NCBI RefSeq assembly: GCF_006345805.1
Contig: NW_021835810.1
Span: 1-38,926 of the forward strand
Source: Octopus sinensis
Lineage: Eukaryota
DNA length: 38,926 nt
Direction: 5' to 3'
Both the position numbers and the translations under genes were made by a program. Shown here piece by piece: positions 1 to 11,382 of this stretch. Numbering within the stretch: the first letter of the stretch is position 1; every line of letters starts with the position of its first letter. The notes beneath the pieces are model-generated. The model saw nothing but the letters and a program-made list of their open reading frames with translations, had not been told where the DNA came from and did no database searches.

Positions 1-243
1 AACGGAAACCCATGTCCACAGCTGTCCTTCGTCTCCAGGCAATCTGATTCTTTTTCTTAATGATAGAGATGAGTCAGTCCTGAGCCATTGTTGATTCTGG
101 AGATTATCTCCCCCTTTTCCTTGGATTTGTCCCAATCACTACCAAGCGATTGTTCTACCATCTCAGGAATCAGAGATATAATTTCAATAAATCGAGAATG
201 TATTTTCCAGGATATATAATACACCGTTCTTGTTTATCTTTAA

Positions 244-548
244 TACACACATACACAAACACGCACACACACACACACACACACAAACAACACACACACA
301 CACACACACACACATTATATATATATATATATATATACATACATGTATGTATATATATACACACACACATATATATATACATACATTTATGTACATGTGT
401 ATACACATATCTAAATGTCTGTATATCTATTTGTATTTATATGTAAATACACACACACACACCACACACACACACACATATATGTATTTATACAGAAAAT
501 TATAGCATTCATATATGTGTGTGTTTGTGTGTGTGGTGTCTATATACA

Positions 549-623
<75 letters not shown>

Positions 624-900
624 GTATATATACACACATATATATTTATATGTACCACACGAACACACACGTACAAGTATATCTATAGACAGCCTCAACA
701 GCTATGGTTCCACCGTGTCATTCAGTTCCGCATGTATTAAGAGTCAATACATTTAGGTCGTCGAAACAGTCAACTATTTTCGTGATTTACCCCATGTCAA
801 CAAATTTGATGTTGTATGTCACTCCACTTAACAAAGCTGTGTCACCACACACACACACAGAAGCATACACAAAAAACACACATACACACATATAGACACA

Positions 901-961
<61 letters not shown>

Positions 962-1580
962 ATTTGTGTATGTATAAGTAAGTGTTTGTACTAAATGCTT
1001 TGAATTTTGTGTCTTAAATCTCAGCAATTATCTTTAGAATTCGTGTTTTTGAAAGTGTTTAGTCACTACACTAACTAGGACAGACGTATACGCATGTGTG
1101 TCTGTATGTGTGTGAGAGATTTTGTGCATGTATATGTATATATGCACATATATATATATATTTATACACATATACACAGAAACATATATGTACGATATAA
1201 GATATTTCTATATATATTATATACATACAGTACATACCACACACACATATATATTATATATATATAAGTATATATATACATCCATATATGTATGAATGTA
1301 TATGTTATATGTACATATATATCATGTATGTATATATAATATATATATATATTATAATACATATGGCATAAGGATATATAATATATATTATATATATGTG
1401 CCATACATAGTATACATAATTATATATAATTATATATATATATCATATAATATATAATACATACATATATATATATATATATATGCATACATATGTACAT
1501 AAATATGTATAATTTATATATATATATTACATTATATATATATACATACCTATATATATATATATAAACATACATATAAT

Positions 1581-1615
<35 letters not shown>

Positions 1616-1657
1616 TATGTGTGTGTGTGTGGTGTATATTCTAGCTATATGTATGTG

Positions 1658-1696
<39 letters not shown>

Positions 1697-1702
1697 TATA
1701 AT

Positions 1703-1765
<63 letters not shown>

Positions 1766-1900
1766 CATGCACTGGCACGCAAATGCATAAATGTGTACGT
1801 ATGTGAGCATGTGTGTGAGCGTGTGTGTGTATGTGTGCGTGCATATGTGTGCATGTGTGTGAACGTGCGAGCGTACGACAACGTACTGACGTAACCTTAG
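244..1900. repeat. Compound (CA)n/(TA)n/(TG)n/(TAGA)n microsatellite field
   Basis: Direct di- and tetranucleotide runs. They explain the THTHT/YIYIY ORFs. Confidence 0.95.
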
Positions 1901-2094
1901 ATGGATTGTTAAAACCTCATGCGAGTAACATAAACCTAGATAACAAAGCAAGTTGGCAGGCATGCAAATTAACTAACCACCTAATTAACAACTTACCCTA
2001 ATTTTCAAACTTACGTACAGACATCTCAAACTAACACTCACAGACACACGCACGCACACACGCTATTTTTTTTCAAACATTGATATTCAGGCAG

Positions 2095-2470
2095 ACCAAA
2101 GCCTCAGGCAGACCAAAGCCTTGTGAGTGGATTTGGTAGACGGAAACTGAAAGAACCCGTCGTAATATGTATGTATATATGTATGTATACATATATATAT
2201 AATATATATATATATATATAGTTATATATATATATATATATATAATATATATATGTGTGTGTGTGTCTGTGTTTGTCCCCCTAGCATTGCTTGACAAACA
2301 TATGCTGGTGTGTTTATGTCCCCGTTACTTAGCGGTTCGGCAAAAAGACCGATAGAATAAGTACTGGGCTTACAAAAGAATAAGTCCCGGGGTCGAGTTG
2401 CTCGATTAAAGGTGGTGCTCCAGCATGGCCGCAGTCAAATGACTGAAACAAGTAAAAGAGTAAAAAAAAA
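2095..2470 (+). mobile_element. SINE family B (~450-bp octopus tRNA-derived SINE), 5'-truncated copy
   Basis: Shares gaccaaagccttgtgagtggatttggtagacggaaactgaaag...ggtgctccagcatggccgcagtcaaatgactgaaacaagtaaaagag with the copies at 7448, 26925, 31785 and 37190. Confidence 0.9.
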
Positions 2471-2648
2471 GAGAGTAATACATAGATACAGAGTTAAAGA
2501 TATTTACATGTCTATACAAATGCATTCATTTGTATTTTATTTGACAATCATTCACGCCTGTAAACGCCTATACAGACATAGATATACATACATAGGCACA
2601 CAGAAACACGTGAACAGTATAACATAGAATATATACATATAGCGTAAT

Positions 2649-3717
2649 GGCGGCGAGCTGGCAGAAACGTTAGCACACCGAGCGAAATGCTTAGCCGTAT
2701 TTCGTCTGCCGTTACGTTCTGAGTTCAAATTCCGCCGAGGTCGACTTTGCCTTTCATCCTTTCGGGGTCGACAAATTAAGTACCAGTTACGCATTGGGGT
2801 CGATGTAATCGACTTAATACCTATGTCTGTCCTTGTTTGTTCCCTCTGTGTTTAGCCCCTTGTGGGTATAAAGAAATAGGTTTTCGTCTGCCGTCGTTCT
2901 GATTCAAGTTCCGCCGAGGTCGGCTTGCCTTTCATCCTTTCGGGGTCGATTAAATAAGTACCAGTTACGCATGGGGTCTATATAATCGACTTAATCCGTT
3001 TGTCTGTCCTTGTTTTGTCTTCTCTGTGTTTAGCCCCTTGTGGGTATAGTAAAGAAACGTTAGCATGCCGGGCGAATGGTAGCCGTGTTTCGTCTTCCGT
3101 TACGTTCAGATTTCAGTTCCGCCGAGTGGCTTTGCCTTTCATCCTTTCGGGTCGATTAAATAAGTACCAGTTACGCACTGGGGTCTATATAATCGACTTA
3201 ATCCGTTTGTCTGTCCTTGTTTGTCTTCTCTGTGTTTAGCCCCTTGTGGGTAGTAAAGATATAAGAAACGTTAGCATGCCGGGCGAAATGCGTAGCCGTG
3301 TTTCGTCTGCCGTTACGTTCAGAGTTCAAATTCCGCCGAGGTCGACTTTGCCTTTCATCCTTTCGGTGTCGATTAAATAAATACCAGTTACGCACTGGGG
3401 TCAATGTAATCGACTTAATCCGTTTGTCTGTCCTTCTTTGTCTTCTCTGTGTTTAGCCCCTTGTGGGTAGTAAAGATATAAGAAACGTTAGCATACCGGG
3501 TGAAATGCGTAGCCGTGTTTCGTCTGCCGTTACGTTCAGAGTTCAAATTCCGCCGAGGTCGACTTTGCCTTTCATCCTTTCGGTGTCGATTAAATAAATA
3601 CCAGTTACGCACTGGGGTCAATGTAATCGACTTAATTCGTTTGTCTGTCCTTGTTTGTCCTCTCTGTGTTTAGCCCCTTGTGGGTAGTAAAGAAATAGGA
3701 ATTTCGTCTGCCGCTAC
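2649..3717 (+). mobile_element. Head-to-tail array of ~5 SINE family A units (~215-bp period)
   Basis: Starts ggcggcgagctggcagaaacgttagc (A-box-like) and has gagttcaaattcc (B-box). The unit ends ccccttgtgggtagtaaag and repeats near 2880, 3055, 3265, 3482 and 3700. Confidence 0.92.
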
Positions 3718-3922
3718 GGAGTTATATATATATATATATACCATCATGCATACACACACATAAATACATCTAGACATTTATTTACGTGTGTATGTATGTA
3801 CGAATGTGTATCTATCTATAAGCGTCCGTATATCTATATGTGTGAATGTGTGTAACCATCGTAAATGATCAATGAACAGCAAGCGTACCTAGTTACCCAA
3901 CCCGTAACCCAAACGCTCTCTC

Positions 3923-3972
<50 letters not shown>

Positions 3973-4220
3973 ACACACGCACGCAAACACACACCCACAC
4001 AACTACACTAATCAAGTGAAATGAGTTCGGACTAATTAATTACGGACTGACCAAGTGCAAGACAAAATGGGTCAAGTTGACTGAAAAATTCGAACACTGA
4101 CCTTCAGTTTCAACCACACACACACTACACACACACACTACACACACACACACACACTACACACACACACATGCACACACATACACACGCTAACAGATAT
4201 GTACGCACATATACGACATA

Positions 4221-4496
4221 TACACTTGCTACAGTACTTTAAAGTGATTCACTTCTGCACCACCACCACCATCACCACCACCACCACCACCACCACAGCC
4301 AACATCATTAGCAGCAGCAGCAAGATGAGAATCGTTATCATCATCGTCATCATCATCATCCTCGTCGTCATCGCCGTCGTCTGAATGATAGTCAGCACCA
4401 TTACTCCGTACACCAACAAAACTGGCCCTTCACCACCACCACCGCCATCGCCACCACTATGATTATCACTTTCATTACTATAGGCACCAACCCCCC

Positions 4497-4537
<41 letters not shown>

Positions 4538-5138
4538 GCTACTACTACAACTACTACTATTACAACTACCCCTACTACTACTGCTACTACTACAACTACT
4601 ACTATTACAACTACCCCTACTACTACTACTACTACTACTACTACTTTAACACCAACAGTACAGATCCTCCATAATCTGTTAATATTACCACTACCACTTC
4701 GGTAAGAAGACGACGACGACGATCACTACCACCATTACCACCAATACCACCACCAATACCATCACCACCACAACCACCACCACCGTCATCACCACTGTCG
4801 CATGAGCATCAACAACACTAAGATATGCAGTACCAAACCAAAAACGCCGCCTCCACCACAACCACCACGACAATCACGACAAGAATAAATATGTCAATGA
4901 GTAAATATATAAATGAATAATTAAATAAATAAACATTTACATAAAGACACCCGCCCACCCATCCACACACCTAGACACAAAATTACGGCATCAACACTGG
5001 CATAAGCCACACCAAACACAACAACAACAACAAGAACATCAACATCAGCAATAATAATATCGAGAGTAACAGTACAAACAAACATTAAGACTAACAGAAA
5101 CCATACTGGAACAAACACAACCAACAACAAAAAGAACT

Positions 5139-5177
<39 letters not shown>

Positions 5178-5340
5178 GTGCTGCTGTTGCTGCAGCTTTT
5201 ACTATCACCCAAATTTCAGGCCTCGATGCCTATAGTAGAAAGGATTGTTATCATCGCCATCGTCACCCTTATGCTTGTCGTAATCATAATCACCGTCACC
5301 ACTGCCACCACTGCCACTTACCTCCACCATCATCACAATT
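4221..5340. repeat. Mosaic trinucleotide repeats (CAC/CAT/TAC/CAA)n
   Basis: Direct triplet runs, including a 48-bp higher-order duplication in the (TAC)n block near 4530-4630. Confidence 0.9.
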
Positions 5341-5924
5341 ATGGAATTAACGATGTTTAATCTCAATGAAACGGCTGTTGAAAGGGGCTAAATTATGATC
5401 CGTCTATCTGCTTTTACTTTCGCCTGTAGTATCACTAATTTTAAAGCTAAGATATTTAACTCCCCAAATGGTGTAGTTCACCTAGCGGCAAATAGTCTTT
5501 CGTTAGTCTATTACAGACTTTCTCTTTAGGGATGCATCTAGGCTAACCCAGCCCTTCATATGCAGCATATGAAAGGGCTGTGATCAGAAGAGATGCCCTA
5601 TAACCATAACATGTGGGAAGGATATTTGAGAGAGGGTTATATTCGGGCAAACCTGCTTGACATATGCTATATGTCAAAGGGAAGAATTGAGTCGACATGT
5701 AAGAGGTATGTACCCATGCACACTCTCCTAAAGTACACAACATGTGACAGCTGTCTACTCAAAGTGCCTCGTTTACATGTAGCACATTTGGAAGAGTAAG
5801 TGAGTGGACTATTGTTTGGTAACCCCCCCACGTGACACTTGCTACATGTGACAGGAAAGAAGTTAGGTAGAGCTACCAGAAATTGGCAACATGTATGAGG
5901 CATGTAATCCGGCAGATCCGCCCT

Positions 5925-6227
5925 AGGAGGCACATGGCCAAGTGGTTAGAGCAGCGGACTCGCGGTCGATGGATCGCGGGTTCGAATCTCAGACCGGACG
6001 ATGTGTGTGTTTATGAGCGAAACAGCTAAGCTCTACGCGGCTCCGGCAGAAGGTAATGGCGAACTTCTGTTGACTCTTACGCCACAACTTTCTCTCACTC
6101 TTTCCTCCTGCATCCTGCAGCTCTCCTGCGACGGACCGGCGTCCCGTCCAAGTGGGGAACCTATACGCTAAGGAAACCGGGAAACCGGCCCTAATGAGCC
6201 AGGCGTGGCTCGAGAAGCAACAAACAA
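5925..6227 (+). mobile_element. SINE family C, full length with 12-bp target-site duplication
   Basis: tRNA-like head (tggccaagtggttagagc...ggttcgaatc) and (CAA)-type tail. TSD cagatccgccct (5913-5924) / cagatccaccct (6228-6239). A reverse-strand homologue lies at 34594-34906. Confidence 0.9.
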
Positions 6228-6659
6228 CAGATCCACCCTGCACAGACCCGACTACATGTACTTAAACAGTCCCGCTCTTAGTACGCCAACATGTGGAGAA
6301 AGGAATACACGAAGGCAGAATCATCATACGTAGGACTAACCTTGGATTAAACAATGACAACAAGATGTAAAATACGTTGGATACTACAGTATATTTTCAA
6401 TTAGTTTATATCGGATTCATTTGGTTCTCTGAAGTGACGTAGTATTGACACAAGTGCACGAAACGAGCGGTTTGTTTGTTTGTGTTTTATCAAAAGCACG
6501 TAGAGAATGTAGATAAGTGTTTAGCTAATTAAATAGAAAACAAGAAACTAAAGGGAAAAATAGAGGAATAAGGAAGGAAACTAAACAAAAGAAATATGTA
6601 GAGCAGTCTGGCTTTCGTTAAACCCTCACGTGTGACTCCGAGTAACAGAATCTTATATA

Positions 6660-6706
6660 ATATCTATCTATCTATCTATCTATCTATATATATATAAATA
6701 TATATA

Positions 6707-6774
<68 letters not shown>

Positions 6775-7010
6775 CACACATAAATACACATGTATATAAA
6801 TAAATATATATATGTATACATATATGTGTCTGTGTGAGTGTATGTGTACATATTTTATGTATGCATGTATATATACATATATACATATGTATGCGCATAT
6901 GCACATATGTGTATATGTGTGTGTGAAAATAGTTGTACATGTATATATGTATGTATGTATGTATGTATGTAAGTATACAGATACAGTTACATGCACACAC
7001 TCATATAAAT
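6660..7010. repeat. (TATC)n/(CA)n/(TA)n/(TATG)n microsatellites
   Basis: Direct repeat runs. Confidence 0.9.
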
Positions 7011-7117
7011 ACAATTTAATATCAAACAGAAGTTCAACACTTTTTAGAATACAAATTTTTTAAAGACAAATATGTTGAGAGTAACTTCGAAGTTTGTATT
7101 TATTAGTCGTCATCAGA

Positions 7118-7153
7118 CTTTCTGAAAACGGTTTGTAAACCGAAACTTCAAGA
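7118..7153 (+). ncRNA. Decayed minimal type I hammerhead motif
   Basis: CTGAAAA (G8->A) C GGTT tgta AACC GAAA C TTC AAG. Stem II and GAAA are intact; the core and palindromic stem III are mutated. Confidence 0.35.
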
Positions 7154-7447
7154 TCACAATTAAACCTTCTCTTGAAAAATACACACAGATGTACGTATAT
7201 ATTTATGCATGTGCGAATGCATACATAAAACACATACGTGTATGAGCGTGAATCAAACAGGCTTCTACAAAGTTTCCGCTTTCGGAAATTCCCCTCTTTA
7301 GGCTTTAATTGCTTCCTTGGTGAAAAAAAAAAAAGTTCAATCTATAATCACAATAGTTGCAAAGAGACCTAAGTAACGGCAATTTCTACACTTATATAGT
7401 CCGACAAACAAAAAGTAAAAAGCTAATAATTTTAATTTCCACGTATA

Positions 7448-7842
7448 GGCGCAGGAGTGGCTGTGCGGTAAGTAGTATGCTTACCAACCACGTTTCCGGG
7501 TTCAGTCCCACTGCCTGGCACCTCGGGCAAGTGTTTTCTACTATAGCCTCGACCAAAACCTTGTGAGTGGATTTGGTAGACGGAAACTGAAAGAAGCCCG
7601 TCGTATATATGTATATATATATGTATATATATATGTATGTATGTTTGAGCGTCTGTGTTTGTCCCCCCACCAACATCGCTTGACAACCGATGCTGGTGTG
7701 TTTACGTCGCCGTAACTTAGCGGTTCGATAGAATAAGTACTAGACTTACCAAAGATACGTACTGGGGTCGATTTGCTCGACTAAAGGCGGTGCTCCAGCA
7801 TGGCTACAGTCAAATGACTGAAACAAGTAAAAGAGTAAAGAG
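7448..7842 (+). mobile_element. SINE family B, near full length
   Basis: Head ggcgcaggagtggctgtgcggtaag...gggttcagtcccactgc, internal microsatellite, and tail gactgaaacaagtaaaagagtaaagag. Confidence 0.92.
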
Positions 7843-8022
7843 TATATTTTGTAGCTTGATCGTGAACCAGTGCCAACATTCAATATGGCCACAATACCAG
7901 TCCTCATGAAGGGCTAGGAAGGTACCATCATTCACTAACTAGAAAACGCTCCTTATTTCGCTAACACGGCTTGAAGTTCAGTGATCTAATGAGTTACAGC
8001 ATTCTAAATGCTATTATTATAA

Positions 8023-8345
8023 GGCGGCGAGCTGGCAGATACGTTAGCAAGCCGGGCGAAATGCGTAGCCGTATTTCGTCTGCCGTTACGTTCTGAGTTC
8101 AAATTCCGCCGAGGTCGACTTTGCCTTTCATCCTTTCGGGGTCGATAAATTAAGTACCAGTTACGCACTGGGGTCTATATAATCGACTTAATCTGTTTGT
8201 CTGTCCTTGTTTGTCTCCTCTGTGTTTAGCCCCTTGTGGGTAGTAAAGAAATAGGTATTTCGCCCGTCGCTACGTTCTGAATTCAAATTCCGCCGAGATC
8301 GACTTTGCCTTTCATCCTTTCGGGGTCGGTAAATTAATTACCAGT
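8023..8345 (+). mobile_element. SINE family A, one full unit plus a second partial unit
   Basis: Same unit as 2649-3717. It restarts after aagaaatagg at tatttcg...gaattcaaattccgccgag. Confidence 0.9.
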
Positions 8346-8481
8346 GATTTCTTGGATGTTATCATCCCTTTATGAGGTTAGTATATTCACTATTTAACTT
8401 TTATATATATGTGTGTGTGTCCCCCCATATGTGTATGTATACAAATATATATATGTATAAGAATCTGTCTTTCATTATATG

Positions 8482-8519
<38 letters not shown>

Positions 8520-9069
8520 GGACATGCGGTGATCTTTCTGGCTGGGCAAGCAATGACCAGAATTTTCTGTCACATAAATATTTGAATCAACTTAACATGT
8601 CCATATTATACCGCTTTTGTAAAATTTTAAAAAATTGCATTTTATATGGGGGGGGGGTTGATGATTTATATATATATCAGGTATTGCGAATGGACAGAAA
8701 CTTAATCTAAGTGTATAAGTATTTATTAGCATCTAAAACTATTCCTTATCAGCTCTTACTCGAAAAAAGATGTCTTCGTGGCATCTTTATCGGAAAAAAT
8801 GTTAAAATATTACACCGAAAAGGATGCAACATCTCGTGTTGCTTCCATTGCACAGAATTTTTTTTTTTGTGTCGTCTGCTACTGCTTGTCGTCTCATGCT
8901 AATTCCGACAATAAAAATCTGAAGCCTGTGATGTCACGTAGTTTATTTTAATTTTACAGAACATTACAAGAACGATGTTATGAAACATAAGTAATATAGT
9001 TTCAATTTTGTTTTTATAATTTTCAAGGGAAGTATTGTTTACTTTGCTTCCATGGACAGCACGCCTATG

Positions 9070-9076
9070 ATATATG

Positions 9077-9162
<86 letters not shown>

Positions 9163-9194
9163 ATTATATTTATACTACATATACATACATATAC

Positions 9195-9267
<73 letters not shown>

Positions 9268-9298
9268 GATACATATACATACATATACATTTATATAT

Positions 9299-9334
<36 letters not shown>

Positions 9335-9360
9335 CATACATATACATACATATACATATT
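9070..9360. repeat. Long (TA)n microsatellite
   Basis: Near-pure TA runs. Confidence 0.95.
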
Positions 9361-9555
9361 AGGGAGAAGTGCAAGACCTCATTCGTACTTTTGAATTTGT
9401 TAGTACTGCAGTTGAAGATGGTTTGTCTGAGATTACTCATATCAGATGGGTATGTTCGATTTTTAGTGCTTTCAAATCCAAATTAAGAAATGTTGAGCTG
9501 ACGAAGGTAATGTTGAGTTTCAAATTCAACTAATCCAGAAACGTAACGTTCTCAA
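9361..9555 (+). mobile_element. Probable 3' end of a Penelope-like element with a decayed hammerhead (9493-9555)
   Basis: A stop-free frame [34 protein letters not shown]... runs into ttgag CTGACGA a gg...gttgag tttcaaa ttcaac...cc a GAAA cgt aacgt t ctcaa. Stem I ttgag/ctcaa is separated from the core by a 5-nt duplication (aacgt). The protein identity is not established. Confidence 0.4.
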
Positions 9556-9981
9556 ATGATCTTTGTACGTGATATTTTGTTATTTTTCCCTCCATATCTA
9601 CGTGAATTATTTTTGAGTAAACACTGTATGGAAGATTTTTCTTATAGTAGAAGAAATGGCTCAAAAAACTTTTTGGCTGCTATTTCTAAAAGTTTCAGTG
9701 TGTGGTAAAGTAAATTATTTTACTGAGCCCTAATTATATAACGTAATATTTTAAATATACCTTGAATGGTCCTTTTACATACTGAACACTACTTGGTGAA
9801 ATTAATTAATAATTAATTAATTTTACCCTTTTATTATTGATATATATACATACATATACATTTAGATTTAATTGAATATGGTACTTAAGTTAAGGCACCA
9901 GAATTTAGTACGATATTATCCATACGATTTCAAAATAAGGTGATTAAAATCAAAATAAACAACAAGGATATCCAGAGGTAA

Positions 9982-10062
9982 TGCAGTACGATCGTTTTAC
10001 GCAACTCCATTTAATTGAACAATGCAAGCATTACATCAATTTAAATGCAGAGCAATCCTCAG
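9982..10062 (-). ncRNA. Decayed hammerhead with long stem II
   Basis: The minus strand reads CTGAGGA ttg ctc tg catttaaattga ... tcaattaaatg gag ttgcgt AAAA CGATCG TA. It has the palindromic stem III ACGATCGT and a GUA triplet, but G12->A and no stem I partner. Confidence 0.3.
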
Positions 10063-11349
10063 TTATACAAAGACATAGAACTTAATTAAATTAAAACAGA
10101 TGGACACATTATATATATACTTATATATATATGCCATTATATATGTATATATATGGAAGAGTGTTATATATATATATGTGTGTGTATGTGTGTGTGTGAG
10201 TATGTGTGTGTGTGAGTATGTGTGTGTGCATGTGTATGGGTTGGTGTATTCAACTGACCTGACGCTAAGCAACAGGAGCAACTTAGATAAATAAATACCT
10301 ATCTACCCATCTTTCTATCTGGTCATCTAACTTTGTGTATGTTTCTTTTTTCTTTCCTCTTCTCTCCCATCTCTCTCTCTCTTTCTTTTTTTCTTTCTTG
10401 CTCTCTACTACTTTCGCCATAGTAAACACATACGCTGACGCTAAGAGTTCTATAAACAAACTACGAACTATGTATATCTGAGAAAGACCATGTCAGTTTT
10501 GAAAGCCCATTTAATGAATACTAAAATGTATTCAGACGTCACTGTTCACACACACGAGCGAGCGCGCACAGACACACACATAAAACATATATAAACACAA
10601 GCAAATACACACTTATAACAGACACACACGCTCACAAATACATACGTATATATATATAACAGTTAGGTAGTGTGTAGCGATTTTCTTCACTACTTTAGGA
10701 AGTGACAGTACCCGGTATGGGCCCCTATCCAGGGTTACGGAAAGGAGACAACTATCAAAAAAATCCGGAGTGGAGCCCCGTAGGCGGTTTAGTGTTCGAC
10801 ACTCTTCCGGCAGCTCCTGCAACCAAATTGGTACCAAACGTAATGCTCTGCACTCCTTTGGACTACGTCAGCATATGCATATATATATGCATATATATAT
10901 GTATATATATATGCGTATATATACTATATATACATTCATTTACACACACACATATATAAATGCGCATATGTATAAATATATATATATATGTGTGTGTGGG
11001 GGTGTATATGTGTGTATGTGTGTGTGTATATATATATACATATGGACAATGTGCATACACACAGACACACGCACACACACACACGTACACGTACACAAAC
11101 ACACGCATACACATCGTTATCTCCTTGTGCGTGCATGCGTGCGTGCTTGCGTGCGTATGCATATCCGTCCGCGTGTGTGTATGTGGGTACAAATTTTAAT
11201 GATAGCCATCTGAAAATTGCCCCCAAAACACTAACACATACCACACACGCCGCTACTAACACTAAAATATTACGTCTATAATCTCTACCCTACACCATAG
11301 GTCGATGGTCATATGATAGTAACACATGACCTACGGTAGGGGCAGAGAA

Positions 11350-11382
<33 letters not shown>

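Noticed and set aside
1-240. Unique-looking sequence with partly open minus-strand frames
   Set aside because: Every frame has stops and no recognisable motif, so it cannot be assigned.
2649-3717. Regularly spaced repeats resembling a CRISPR array or a tRNA cluster
   Set aside because: The units are whole SINEs with no unique spacers. The tRNA-like head lacks a cloverleaf and acceptor stem, and the context is eukaryotic.
10690-10870. GC-rich island (ggagtggagcccc...ctgcactcc) tested as an HDV-like ribozyme of a LINE 5' end
   Set aside because: P1-like (ggagc/gctcc) and P4-like (accaa/ttggt) helices exist, but I could not build P2/P3/L3. It is probably a retroelement fragment and remains unclassified.
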